Source of the DNA: a virus
Taxonomy: Duplodnaviria; Caudoviricetes
Strand: one strand, 5' to 3'
Virus record (IMG/VR): IMGVR_UViG_3300021411_000005
Coordinates: 1 to 64,000 of that record
DNA length: 64,000 nt
Positions 6,943-15,522 of this stretch are shown piece by piece. Each line of letters starts with the position of its first letter. Position 1 is the stretch's first letter. The translations under genes were made by a program, and so were the position numbers. The notes beneath the pieces were generated by a model that saw only the letters and a program-made list of their open reading frames with translations, did no database searches and was not told the DNA's origin.

Positions 6943-8763
6943 CTAGGACTCCATCAGGTTCTTCAGTACGGGCCCGTACTGCCGACGCTGGCCCAGGAGG
7001 CTGTTCTCCACCAGGGTGTCCACGAAGCGGCGCGCCATCGCGTTCCCGTGCCCGGCGCGGACCGCGAACGCAACGGCGTAGACGATCTCCCCACTGGGCC
7101 CGGCTTCCCGGGCAGCCTTCTGCGCGGCCAGCACGCCACGGCTCCAGGCCAGGGCCTCCCCGCTGTCCCAGTTGACCGCCATGGACCGCGGGACCGGTAC
7201 GCCGTAGTAGACGCCGGTCGGGTGCACGCTCCCGGTGCCCGCGTCCCGGCCGGTCGCCAGGGAAGCCTTCAGGCCGGACACCTGGGCTGCGACAGAATCC
7301 GGGATCGGGATCAGCCGGTCGGCATCCGTCTTCAGGTCGGCGGTGAACGGCGTCCCGTCCGGCAGCGTGCCGGTCATGTCCGGCCCTTCCCAGGTGGCCG
7401 CCATGGAATCGGCGGACGGGTCGCGCCGCGGTCCGCTGCCGGGCGTGAGGCCCAGATGCGTCTGGACGATCTCTCCGGCCACCCGCAGGGACTCCGGAGC
7501 ATCCGCCCCGTGGACGGGGCACGACGGGTGTCCGTTGCAGCTCCAGGAGTTCGTCCCCGGGTTCCAGAGACACCGGATGTCCGCCATGGGCAGCTCTTCG
7601 CCGGTCGGCATGGAGACCCGGTACTGGCAGTCGGGCGCGTGCCCTTCGCCAACGGAGCACGCGCAGCCGAGGAACCGGGCGCTGACCGGTCGGTCTCCCT
7701 GGAGCCGGTGCACTGTCGGCAGGCTGGCCTCCGTCTCGATCACCCAGACCCGGGAATCGGCCAGCACGTACACGGTGCCTTCGTGGCAGTGAACCTGGGA
7801 GCCGCGGTCTGTCTGAATCCGGTACTCCACGGTTCCCAGAACCGTCTTCACGCGGTCCTGGCCGGACGGTCCGTGACTCCGGGCGGACGGCCCGGCCCAG
7901 CGCAGCGTCACCCGGGTGATGCGGTCGCTGGCCAGCCAGCCCACCGGGACATAGGAGGCGATGACCGGGAAATCCCGCAGCCGGAGGAAACCGGGGTACG
8001 GCGCATGGACCTCTTCCTCCGTCAGGTCCAGCACCGGGGAGCAGTCAGCGCAGTGCCCGCACGCGTCCAGGTCGGCCGCGTCCACAGCGCCGCACCGGCC
8101 GTCCTCCACCAGCTCCCGCGCGGTCGGAACCTCGGAGTACGCCGTCTCCAGCGCCTCCTCTTCACTGAACCGGTCCGGGTCGGCCGGACGCTCGATGCCC
8201 AGTACCTCCCGGGCGTAGGACCAGCCCTCCGCGGTCAGCACCGGGTAGTGCCACGGGGCGCCGTTGTTGTCGGCCACGTTGTGGTCCCGGGTGACCAGGC
8301 CGCGCGTGATCAGCGCGTCCAGCGTCTTGCTGGCCGCGTAGGCCACGGTGCCCTGGTGGCTGTTCTCCGCGGCCTGGCGGATCTCACCCTTCATGTTGTC
8401 CGTCAGCCGGTCGTTGCCGCCGTTCTGGAACACCGGCTTGTCGGCCGCGGGGGCAACCGGCGCGGTGCCTTCCTTCTCGGAGACCAGGAGACCGCCGTAC
8501 TTGTGGTCGGTGACCGTGTACCGGTCCTCCAGCGCCTTGGCGTAGGAAGCAACAGCGGCTGCACGCCGGGTGTTCTGCTGCTCCGCGGTCTGGCGCCGGG
8601 AGTCGTCCCCGCTGACGAACTCCACCCGGGCGCTGTCCCCGGCCTGCGTCACCTGGAAGCCGGGGGAGTAGTTCTGCCAGCCGCGGATGGCCGTGGAGAA
8701 GGACTCACTGCGCTCGAACGACTTCCCGAGGAACCGGGAGATGGTGCTGGCCTTGACCGTCAT
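6943..8763 (-). CDS. large modular early protein (606 aa) with a winged-helix-like module
   Basis: ATG 8763 follows the promoter, leader and RBS; KTLDALITRGLV...LTAEGWSYA module. Confidence 0.75.
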   Translation of the reverse strand: MTVKASTISRFLGKSFERSESFSTAIRGWQNYSPGFQVTQAGDSARVEFVSGDDSRRQTAEQQNTRRAAAVASYAKALEDRYTVTDHKYGGLLVSEKEGTAPVAPAADKPVFQNGGNDRLTDNMKGEIRQAAENSHQGTVAYAASKTLDALITRGLVTRDHNVADNNGAPWHYPVLTAEGWSYAREVLGIERPADPDRFSEEEALETAYSEVPTARELVEDGRCGAVDAADLDACGHCADCSPVLDLTEEEVHAPYPGFLRLRDFPVIASYVPVGWLASDRITRVTLRWAGPSARSHGPSGQDRVKTVLGTVEYRIQTDRGSQVHCHEGTVYVLADSRVWVIETEASLPTVHRLQGDRPVSARFLGCACSVGEGHAPDCQYRVSMPTGEELPMADIRCLWNPGTNSWSCNGHPSCPVHGADAPESLRVAGEIVQTHLGLTPGSGPRRDPSADSMAATWEGPDMTGTLPDGTPFTADLKTDADRLIPIPDSVAAQVSGLKASLATGRDAGTGSVHPTGVYYGVPVPRSMAVNWDSGEALAWSRGVLAAQKAAREAGPSGEIVYAVAFAVRAGHGNAMARRFVDTLVENSLLGQRRQYGPVLKNLMES

Positions 8764-8801
8764 GATCTTTCCTCTTTCCTGTGTGGTGCTGCTGTAGGTC
8801 C

Positions 8802-8855
8802 ATACTCCCGCGCCGAAGGGGTCCGTGTCAAGTTCTGACACGGACCCCTTCGGCG
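8802..8855 (-). promoter_or_regulatory. early promoter overlapping a perfect 20-bp inverted repeat (may also terminate the upstream gene)
   Basis: TTGACA-18-GAGTAT; CGCCGAAGGGGTCCGTGTCA-AGTTC-TGACACGGACCCCTTCGGCG. Confidence 0.8.
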
Positions 8856-8864
8856 TACAGCCGG

Positions 8865-9839
8865 TCAGCGTCCGCAGTCGGCCGTCTCCGGGTACTCCGG
8901 CTCCAGGTCGGTCACGAACTGGCGGGAGTTGCTGATCCAGGGGGTCCGGCCGGTGGCGTCCAGTGCCACGGTCACGTAGGCCAGACCGAAGTTCGGGTGG
9001 TCCGCCTTGGTCACCGTTCCGCGGTTGTCCTCCTGGACCGTCCCGGTCTGGCCGGTGTGCTGGGTGTTCGCGCCGGACTGGATCCGGACCCGGGTACCGG
9101 GGAGCGTCAGGTCTGCGGCCGGAGCGGGCCAGTCCGGCAGTCCTACCACGGTCTGGGTCCAGGACAGCGGGACGTCGTGTCCGTCGATGTCCAGACCGGT
9201 CCGGCGGGCCAGGTCGGCCACCGCCAGCGCTTCGTCCATCGGAAGGCGGCCGGACCGGACGGAGACACCGGAGGCCGGGATCTCGTTAACGGGAGTCTGC
9301 TCCGGCCGGGCCACACCAGCCCAGTCGTACGCCGCGTCGGTCAGGACTACCACGGCGCTGTCCCGGGTGGTCTCCCACCGGGCGAAGCCACGGAAGACCA
9401 GCTCCTGGGAGATGTCGGAGTAGTCACCGGCCAGGAGGCCCTTGCCGTACCGGGCGGAGCTGACCAGGCACGCCTGGACTTCGGACTCCGCCACCATGGC
9501 GCCGTTCCCGGTGATCATTACGTCGTCCAGCGCTTCGCCGACCGTCAGGCGCCCTTCGTCGGCCGGACGGTCCATGCCGTACTCCGCCTTCAGCCAGGCC
9601 CAGCCCGCGGGGGTGATGTCCCAGAGGTTCAGGATGTTGTGCACGTAGTACGACCCGCTGTCCGTCGTCTCGCAGACCGTGGCGGTCTCCGCCCACTCGA
9701 TCATTCCGCGGCGCTCCAACGCCTTCAGCGTCCGCGCCTCCGGCTCCAGGTGCAGGCGGTAGGCACCGCGGCCCATGTAGACCAGCGCCTCTTCCATGGT
9801 CGGGCTGAGCTTCGGGGACTTGGCGGCCGTGGTGTTCAT
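8865..9839 (-). CDS. early protein (324 aa) sharing the winged-helix-like module with 6943..8763
   Basis: RTLKALERRGMI...ITPAGWAWL...GMDRPAD; ATG 9839 after the promoter leader. Confidence 0.75.
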   Translation of the reverse strand: MNTTAAKSPKLSPTMEEALVYMGRGAYRLHLEPEARTLKALERRGMIEWAETATVCETTDSGSYYVHNILNLWDITPAGWAWLKAEYGMDRPADEGRLTVGEALDDVMITGNGAMVAESEVQACLVSSARYGKGLLAGDYSDISQELVFRGFARWETTRDSAVVVLTDAAYDWAGVARPEQTPVNEIPASGVSVRSGRLPMDEALAVADLARRTGLDIDGHDVPLSWTQTVVGLPDWPAPAADLTLPGTRVRIQSGANTQHTGQTGTVQEDNRGTVTKADHPNFGLAYVTVALDATGRTPWISNSRQFVTDLEPEYPETADCGR

Positions 9840-9880
9840 CGGGTCCTCATTTCCTGGGTTCCTGTGCTGCTGTAAGACCA

Positions 9881-9909
9881 ATACTCCTCCCCCGGAGGAT
9901 GTATGTCAA
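9881..9909 (-). promoter_or_regulatory. early promoter
   Basis: TTGACA-17-GAGTAT followed by ACAGCAGCAC. Confidence 0.8.
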
Positions 9910-10019
9910 GTCAGGACAGAGACGCTGACCTGCAACGACGAAACCGGTCCATGATTCTTTACAGCAGAAAGCGGGCTCCGGGACCGGAGTCCCAGAACCC
10001 GCACCATGGATCCGGCCTG

Positions 10020-10424
10020 CTACTTCCGGCGCCGCCCGGTCTTCGGGGTCTCGCGCATGTTCCGTATCGCAGCACTGCCTCCCAGCATCAGGACAGCCAC
10101 CGCTCCGGTAGCTGCCGCGACGGACAGGACCAGCGCCACCAGGGATCCCAGGATGCCCATGATGACCGGGACCAGAAGGACTCCCAGGCCGACCACGGCA
10201 CCGCAGATGATCACTCCGTACAGGCCGACGATGAAGTACGGGGTGTACTTCGCCAGCACGTCGGTGTCCGGGTTCTGGTCCACCGGCCCCGACGTGACCG
10301 GAGCCTGGTGGTAGTGGACGTGGACTTCCGTGGCGCCCGGCGGGACCAGGCCAGCGGCTCTGCGCTGCTCCACTTCCCGCCGGGCGTATTCGGTGAGTTC
10401 CGCCAGTCTCGGGTCTTCGCTCAT
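10020..10424 (-). CDS. membrane protein, Spd-like (spread)
   Basis: Two long hydrophobic segments; lies downstream of TraB. Confidence 0.6.
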   Translation of the reverse strand: MSEDPRLAELTEYARREVEQRRAAGLVPPGATEVHVHYHQAPVTSGPVDQNPDTDVLAKYTPYFIVGLYGVIICGAVVGLGVLLVPVIMGILGSLVALVLSVAAATGAVAVLMLGGSAAIRNMRETPKTGRRRK

Positions 10425-10428
10425 TTCC

Positions 10429-10533
10429 TCACTTCCAGTTCGAGATGATCCAGACGGCGGCCAGGAAGATGCCGACGATCAGGACCAGGTTGCGGTTGGC
10501 CCGCCGCCGCGCCCGGCGGCTTACCGGCGCCAC
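10429..10533 (-). CDS. 34-aa single-pass membrane peptide
   Basis: MAPVSRRARRRANRNLVLIVGIFLAAVWIISNWK: basic N-terminus plus one TM segment. Confidence 0.5.
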   Translation of the reverse strand: MAPVSRRARRRANRNLVLIVGIFLAAVWIISNWK

Positions 10534-10748
10534 GGTGAAGCGGTCCGGCGGCTGCCCAGAGCGCGGGCGAACAGCGACAGCGGGACGGTCACCAGCGCGT
10601 CGGCGACTCCCACCAGGACGATGCCGAGAAGGGCGCCGGAGACGCTGGTGTTGACGTTGTCCCCGGGGGTCAGGGAGAAGAGCAGGAACAGCGCCAGGAG
10701 CGCCGCACCGGCATGGACGAAGTAGATGATTTCCTTGATCACTCGCAT
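10521..10748 (-). CDS. small two-TM membrane protein, Spd-like
   Basis: Two hydrophobic helices; RBS GAAAGGAAAA. Confidence 0.6.
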   Translation of the reverse strand: MRVIKEIIYFVHAGAALLALFLLFSLTPGDNVNTSVSGALLGIVLVGVADALVTVPLSLFARALGSRRTASPWRR

Positions 10749-10772
10749 GATCGTTTTCCTTTCTCGGGCCCG

Positions 10773-10896
10773 CTGACACGGGATGTGCCAGTCAGGAGGA
10801 GTGCCTTAGCTCGGAGCGGGTGTCAGCGTCTGACTGACACCCCTGACAGACCGTCTGACACCGCATCTGACATGCGGTTTGTCAGACGGTCTGACA
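10773..10896. repeat. CTGACA array directly downstream of traB (candidate clt or operator array)
   Basis: CTGACA at 10773, 10834, 10843, 10855, 10867 and 10891; TGTCAG at 10821 and 10880. Confidence 0.6.
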
Positions 10897-10899
10897 AGA

Positions 10900-12906
10900 T
10901 CATCCGGTGTGCTGGCCGTTGGCCATCCGGGACTGGATCCGGTACGGCGGCTTGCCGTCGTGACGGGTCAGCCGCCCTTCGTCCACCAGCCGGTTCAGCT
11001 CCCCGTAGACCCAGCCGCGGGTCCGGCCGGTCACGGTCGTCAGGTCGGCCAGGTCGGAGAATCCCAGGCCGGTCTCCCCGGCCGCGTCCAGCTTGTCCAC
11101 GCGGTCGGACAGCGCCTGGCGGGCGTCCTCCGTGGACATGCGGGCCATGGCCGGATCCCGGAGCGGGAACGGTTCGCTGTGCTGCGGTTCCGGCAGTCCT
11201 GCGGTCACGTCGGTGGTTCCTTCCTCGGTCGGCACGGCGGTCAGGTCAACCGCCGTCAGCTCTTCCGGCTCCTGCTCCTGCGCGGTGTCACCGGACACCG
11301 GCCGGTCTGCGGGAACCGCCTTGATTCCCCTGCTCAGGCACAGGTAAGTGCCCTGGTCCAGCTCCGCCCACTGGGCCCGGCTGGCATCCAGCTCCGCCCG
11401 CTTCTGCGCCCGGCTGAGCTTGAACGCCCGCCCTTCCACCGGCCACTTGTCCCTGGGGGTTCCCAGCGTCTCCGCGTAGAGCTTCCCGGGTGCGTCGGCA
11501 CCCCACTTCGTCGGGTCCGCCCCGGCCTCCAGCGTGGCCTTGGACAGGGTGAACCGGGCGTCGTAGTCCTCCATGCAGCCGAAGGCCAGTGCGTTGGTGA
11601 ACATGCCGCGGGTCTTGCGGTCAATGTTCTGGTTGTGGGCGGTCTGCATGGACGCCACGATCGGCAGGCCGACGGACCGCGCCGTACGGATGGCCTGGTC
11701 GAATTCGTCGTCCCCGCTGCCCAGGACGGATGCGGCCTCCTCAATGTCCACCAGGCACAGCGGGATCCGGTGCAGCGTCCAGCACTCCGGCTCCCACTGC
11801 GGGTAGCCGATCGTGCCGTCCGACCTGGGGAGAGTCCCCAGGAGCTGGGCCCGGTACCGGATGGCGTCCGGCAGGTTCCGGATGAGCTGCTGCGTCTGCG
11901 CCTTGTCCACGGCGGCAAAGGACAGGGTGTCCGCGATCTCCCCGAAGGACTGCTGGAACTTCTCCGGGTCGCCGACCACGGCGCAGAAGTCGCGCCGGGA
12001 CCGGCCGTCGATGATGACCGTCTTGACCGCTTCGGTCTTCCCGGCGCCGGGCACCCCGGTGACCAGGGTGTGAGGCAGTGCGCGCGGGTTCTCCGCGTCG
12101 TCGTCCCCCACCACCCAGATGGCCATGTAGGAGCCGTCCGACCGGCCGCCGAAGACCAGCGCGCCGTCCGCGATGGAGGCGCCCGCCAGGGACGGCCCCG
12201 TCCAGTGCAGCGTCCTGGCAGAACTCTCCTTCGGCTCGAACGCCAGGAGCACCTGGTCCGCGCGGCCGGGGACAGCCGTCACGGACACTTCGTTCGGGTC
12301 CATGCCGACCGCGCTGGCAATCCGGTCCTTGTCGTTCTGGACGTCCGAAGCCGTGCCCTCACCCGGCTTGAGCTGGACCTTTGCCTCCACCCGGGTAGGG
12401 CTCTCCTTCACCTTCTTCGTACGCGCCCCGGCCAGTGCGGACACCCGCTGGAACAGCGGGTCGCGGTGTCCCTGGGCCTTGTCCTCTTCGTGGTGCGGGG
12501 ACATCGACGCGTGCCGGATGTTCCAGGCCAGGGACAGGACAACGGACCCGTAGCCCCAGGTGACAGCCATCATGTGGTCCAGCGGACCGGTGGCCGACGC
12601 CAGCGCGAACCAGCCGGTCACCGCTCCGCAGAAGGTCGTGGCCAGCGCCCGGGTGTGCTCATGACGGCGCGACCAGGTCAGGTGTGTGTAGCCGGTCAGG
12701 ACGACCGCTCCGGCGCCGGTCAGTACCGTCATGACCGGGTCGTCGCTCAACTGCCAGTTGGCCAGCAGCGCTGCGGGCATGGCGGAGCCCGTGATGCCCC
12801 AGGGGACCAGGTGCGGGAGCAGCCGGGAACCGGCCAGCTCCGCCACACCCAGACGCTTGGTACGAACGTTCGACCTGCCCTTTTCCTTGCTGCTCACCGT
12901 GGTCAC
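10900..12906 (-). CDS. traB: TraB-type FtsK/SpoIIIE conjugative DNA translocase
   Basis: N-terminal TM helices, Walker A VTGVPGAGKT, Walker B LVDIEEA, C-terminal wHTH (TGRTRGWVYGELNRLVDEGRL): the Streptomyces plasmid TraB layout. Confidence 0.85.
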   Translation of the reverse strand: MTTVSSKEKGRSNVRTKRLGVAELAGSRLLPHLVPWGITGSAMPAALLANWQLSDDPVMTVLTGAGAVVLTGYTHLTWSRRHEHTRALATTFCGAVTGWFALASATGPLDHMMAVTWGYGSVVLSLAWNIRHASMSPHHEEDKAQGHRDPLFQRVSALAGARTKKVKESPTRVEAKVQLKPGEGTASDVQNDKDRIASAVGMDPNEVSVTAVPGRADQVLLAFEPKESSARTLHWTGPSLAGASIADGALVFGGRSDGSYMAIWVVGDDDAENPRALPHTLVTGVPGAGKTEAVKTVIIDGRSRRDFCAVVGDPEKFQQSFGEIADTLSFAAVDKAQTQQLIRNLPDAIRYRAQLLGTLPRSDGTIGYPQWEPECWTLHRIPLCLVDIEEAASVLGSGDDEFDQAIRTARSVGLPIVASMQTAHNQNIDRKTRGMFTNALAFGCMEDYDARFTLSKATLEAGADPTKWGADAPGKLYAETLGTPRDKWPVEGRAFKLSRAQKRAELDASRAQWAELDQGTYLCLSRGIKAVPADRPVSGDTAQEQEPEELTAVDLTAVPTEEGTTDVTAGLPEPQHSEPFPLRDPAMARMSTEDARQALSDRVDKLDAAGETGLGFSDLADLTTVTGRTRGWVYGELNRLVDEGRLTRHDGKPPYRIQSRMANGQHTG

Positions 12907-13403
12907 CCCCCTGTCGAAATCGTGAAGCGCTTCGGCTTCGCGGGCTTGTTCCGGCCGTCCATGATCTCCCCGAAGACCTGTTCGAACGTGGTCCAGGCGG
13001 CTACGAAACCGGCCGCCGCGCTGCCGAAGTCCCCGGCGGAGCCGTTCAGCTTCTTCGTCACCCGGCGCATCTTGAACACCGCACCCCAGGACCGGTTCAG
13101 GTGGCCCATCTCCTTCGCCCCGGCCTCCAGCTCCCCGGCTGCCAGTGCGGTGACCACAGCCAGGTAGTGGGCCAGCTTCCGGCCGGATTCACAGAACTGG
13201 TGGAGGTCGTGCTGGTCGGTCAGCTCGATGTCGTCCATCGCCTTGACCAGCGCGTCCAGCTTGCTGGAGCCGGACGACCGGCTGGAGCCTCCGCCGTCCG
13301 GGATGCCGTCCATCCGGAGTCCTCTCTCCCGGGCGTCCTTCTCATCCTTCGGACGGCTGCCCCGGGTGCTGTTCTCCCCCGGCTTGATCTTCGGTTCGGC
13401 CAT
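12903..13403 (-). CDS. transfer-associated hypothetical protein (TraA-like position)
   Basis: Helical protein coupled to the traB start; ATG 13403. Confidence 0.6.
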   Translation of the reverse strand: MAEPKIKPGENSTRGSRPKDEKDARERGLRMDGIPDGGGSSRSSGSSKLDALVKAMDDIELTDQHDLHQFCESGRKLAHYLAVVTALAAGELEAGAKEMGHLNRSWGAVFKMRRVTKKLNGSAGDFGSAAAGFVAAWTTFEQVFGEIMDGRNKPAKPKRFTISTGG

Positions 13404-13417
13404 GGTCCTGTCCTCCT

Positions 13418-14278
13418 TCACGCTGACTGAGCCAGAGCGCTGCGCGCCCGGCGGATGCTGGTGTTGATCGTGTTCGGCTTGGTGTCCTCACCGAACTCCG
13501 TCCGGACCATGTCCTTCAGGACGCTGTCCGGGGTGTCCTCACTGCGGGACAGGATGTCCTCCACGAAGGACTTCATCGAGCCCCCGGCAACGGTGCGGAC
13601 GCGCGGCGCCGGGACAGTGTCCCGGGACACGGCCGGTACCGGCGGGACAGCGGCCGGGGACACCGCGGCGGGGACAGGGACAGCCGGAGGCAGGACGGGC
13701 GGGACGGGGACAGCGGGACCGGCGTCCTCTGTGACAGCCGGGCTGTCCTGCGGGACATCCTCCGTGGCGCTGTCCCGGGACAGGACACGGGACACGGCGG
13801 TGAGGACAGCCGGGGACGCGGCCAGGTGGAGCAGGTGGCCGAAGACCAGGGCGGGGACACAGGACACGGTGACCATCAGGGTCTGCCGGTAGGTCCAGCC
13901 GTCCCCGGGCTCCCAGCCGGAGCTGTAGAGATGCGCGACCGGCTGAGCGGCCATGGCCGCGGTGATGGACAGGACGGCGCCTACGACGGCCGTGCGCTTG
14001 CCCGGGGCGCCCTTGTCGCGCTTGGTGGCCACGACGGCCGCCACACCCGCGTACATCGTCAGGACGGCGGGCATGCCCCAGGCCAGTTCCTTGTTCCAAC
14101 CGGCCAGGTGCGCCAGGTAATGCTCTCCCGGCGCGCACATCACCAGGACGATGACAGCGACGGCCGGGCGGACCCAGTCCTGGATCCAGGACACCCAGCG
14201 GACGCTGTCCTGGGGGATGTCCTTGTCCTTGCGGGTGTCCTTGGTGTCCCGGTTCTTACGGGACAGTCGGTTCTTCAT
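13418..14278 (-). CDS. SpdA-like membrane-anchored protein with C-terminal DNA-binding helix
   Basis: Three to four TM helices, Pro/Val/Ala linker, C-terminal TPDSVLKDMV...NTINTSIRRAR; typical of Streptomyces plasmid spread genes. Confidence 0.6.
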   Translation of the reverse strand: MKNRLSRKNRDTKDTRKDKDIPQDSVRWVSWIQDWVRPAVAVIVLVMCAPGEHYLAHLAGWNKELAWGMPAVLTMYAGVAAVVATKRDKGAPGKRTAVVGAVLSITAAMAAQPVAHLYSSGWEPGDGWTYRQTLMVTVSCVPALVFGHLLHLAASPAVLTAVSRVLSRDSATEDVPQDSPAVTEDAGPAVPVPPVLPPAVPVPAAVSPAAVPPVPAVSRDTVPAPRVRTVAGGSMKSFVEDILSRSEDTPDSVLKDMVRTEFGEDTKPNTINTSIRRARSALAQSA

Positions 14279-14280
14279 GG

Positions 14281-14378
14281 TGTCCTCCGTATCCGGGACA
14301 GGATTTAATTAAGTTGTCCCATCTAAAGGGACAGCGCCCGGACTGTCAAGGACAGCCGGGCGCCGGATACGGAGGACA
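14281..14378. promoter_or_regulatory. nested inverted repeats/operator upstream of the spdA-like gene
   Basis: TGTCCTCCGTATCCGG (14281) and CCGGATACGGAGGACA (14363); TGTCCC-N7-GGGACA; TTAATTAA; TTGACA on the minus strand at 14344..14349. Confidence 0.6.
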
Positions 14379-14385
14379 GGGACAG

Positions 14386-14739
14386 TCAGTCCCGTGGATG
14401 GATCTTCAGTGTGTCCGGGTCCGCTTCTTCTGTCCCCCAGTCCCTGTCCCGCAGGACGGGGACACCGCGGAAGGACACGGACTGTCCTGCGGGACTGTCC
14501 TCCTCCGCGATCCAGGACACCGCGTCCTCCGACAGCCCGTCCCGCAGTCCCGGGTTGTCCCGGGCCAGTGTTGTCACCATGGAGGACAGCCGGGACGCGG
14601 CCAGCTCCGCAGCCGCCCGGAGACCGGCGAAGGATGTCACCAGGCTGTTGACCGCTTCCGCCGTCCGGCGCAGCCGCGCTTCTTCGGCGGCCTTCAGTGC
14701 GTCCGGGTCAACGGTCCAGCGGTGGACCATGGGGTCCAT
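14386..14739 (-). CDS. hypothetical protein (117 aa)
   Basis: ATG 14739 coupled to the upstream TGA. Confidence 0.55.
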   Translation of the reverse strand: MDPMVHRWTVDPDALKAAEEARLRRTAEAVNSLVTSFAGLRAAAELAASRLSSMVTTLARDNPGLRDGLSEDAVSWIAEEDSPAGQSVSFRGVPVLRDRDWGTEEADPDTLKIHPRD

Positions 14740-14990
14740 CAGATCCTCACCCCGTGCGGCATCTCGGTGTAGACGAAGGACGCCACGTCGGCCGTATCCG
14801 GATTGATGTCCCCGTGCCGGGACATGAAGGACAGGACCACCCGGAGCACCTGTCCCGGCTTGTCCTTCATGTCCATTCCAGCTTCCGATGCCTGGTGTCC
14901 CTGGGCCGTGGTCACGCTGCCGTCCGGGTTGTTGATCACCACGGTGTAGACGTAGATGTTCCGGTCGTCGTAGAACGGTCCCGCTTCCAT
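14739..14990 (-). CDS. hypothetical protein (83 aa)
   Basis: RBS AGGAAACGAGGAAAG. Confidence 0.7.
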   Translation of the reverse strand: MEAGPFYDDRNIYVYTVVINNPDGSVTTAQGHQASEAGMDMKDKPGQVLRVVLSFMSRHGDINPDTADVASFVYTEMPHGVRI

Positions 14991-15004
14991 GCTTTCCTCG
15001 TTTC

Positions 15005-15382
15005 CTAGGTTCTCTCCGCTGCACGCCGGGCTTCGGCGTCCCCGATCAGGTCACTGATCTCCGCCAGGTAGAACTGGAGGACGGCGCGGTCCTTCGGAGC
15101 CATCGAGTCCAGGAACCCGCTGGCCTTGTCGTAGTCCTCCTGGATGACGGCCATGAGGATCTCCGTCTCCAGGAAGACCGGCACCGAAGTGGCCGTCCGC
15201 ATCCGACGGACCTCCTCCGGGGAGGCGTCCAGTCCGGCCACGTCGGCCGCTATGTCGTGCGGACCCGGCCGTCCGGTGAGCTTCCGGGCCCTGGCTTCGT
15301 ACGCCCGGAGCCGGTCATGCGCCTTCTGCGTCCGCCACCACGGCTTCGGGGTGTCGCCTTCAGATGCTCCGAAGCTGTTCAC
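15005..15382 (-). CDS. hypothetical protein (~125 aa)
   Basis: GTG start coupled to the upstream TGA, within track ORF 15005..15451. Confidence 0.55.
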   Translation of the reverse strand: MNSFGASEGDTPKPWWRTQKAHDRLRAYEARARKLTGRPGPHDIAADVAGLDASPEEVRRMRTATSVPVFLETEILMAVIQEDYDKASGFLDSMAPKDRAVLQFYLAEISDLIGDAEARRAAERT

Positions 15383-15522
15383 CGGGTGCCCTCCAGCCAC
15401 TTGAGGTACGGGTCCAGGAACCAGCCGGGTTCGCGGCCGGAGACCATCCACACCAGAAGCTCCACGACGGCTCCGGCCGATATCACCGGGATGAGCGTCA
15501 GCCTCTTCAAGAAACCGGTCAC
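15379..15522 (-). CDS. 47-aa membrane peptide
   Basis: GTGA coupling at both ends; MTGFLKRLTLIPVISAGAVVELLVWMVSG. Confidence 0.5.
   Translation of the reverse strand: MTGFLKRLTLIPVISAGAVVELLVWMVSGREPGWFLDPYLKWLEGTR

Noticed and set aside
13460-14600. CRISPR array or diversity-generating retroelement repeats
   Set aside because: The repeats are 5-14 bp, irregularly spaced and in coding frame; no cas or reverse transcriptase genes; the PD-(D/E)XK nuclease sits in a recombination context.
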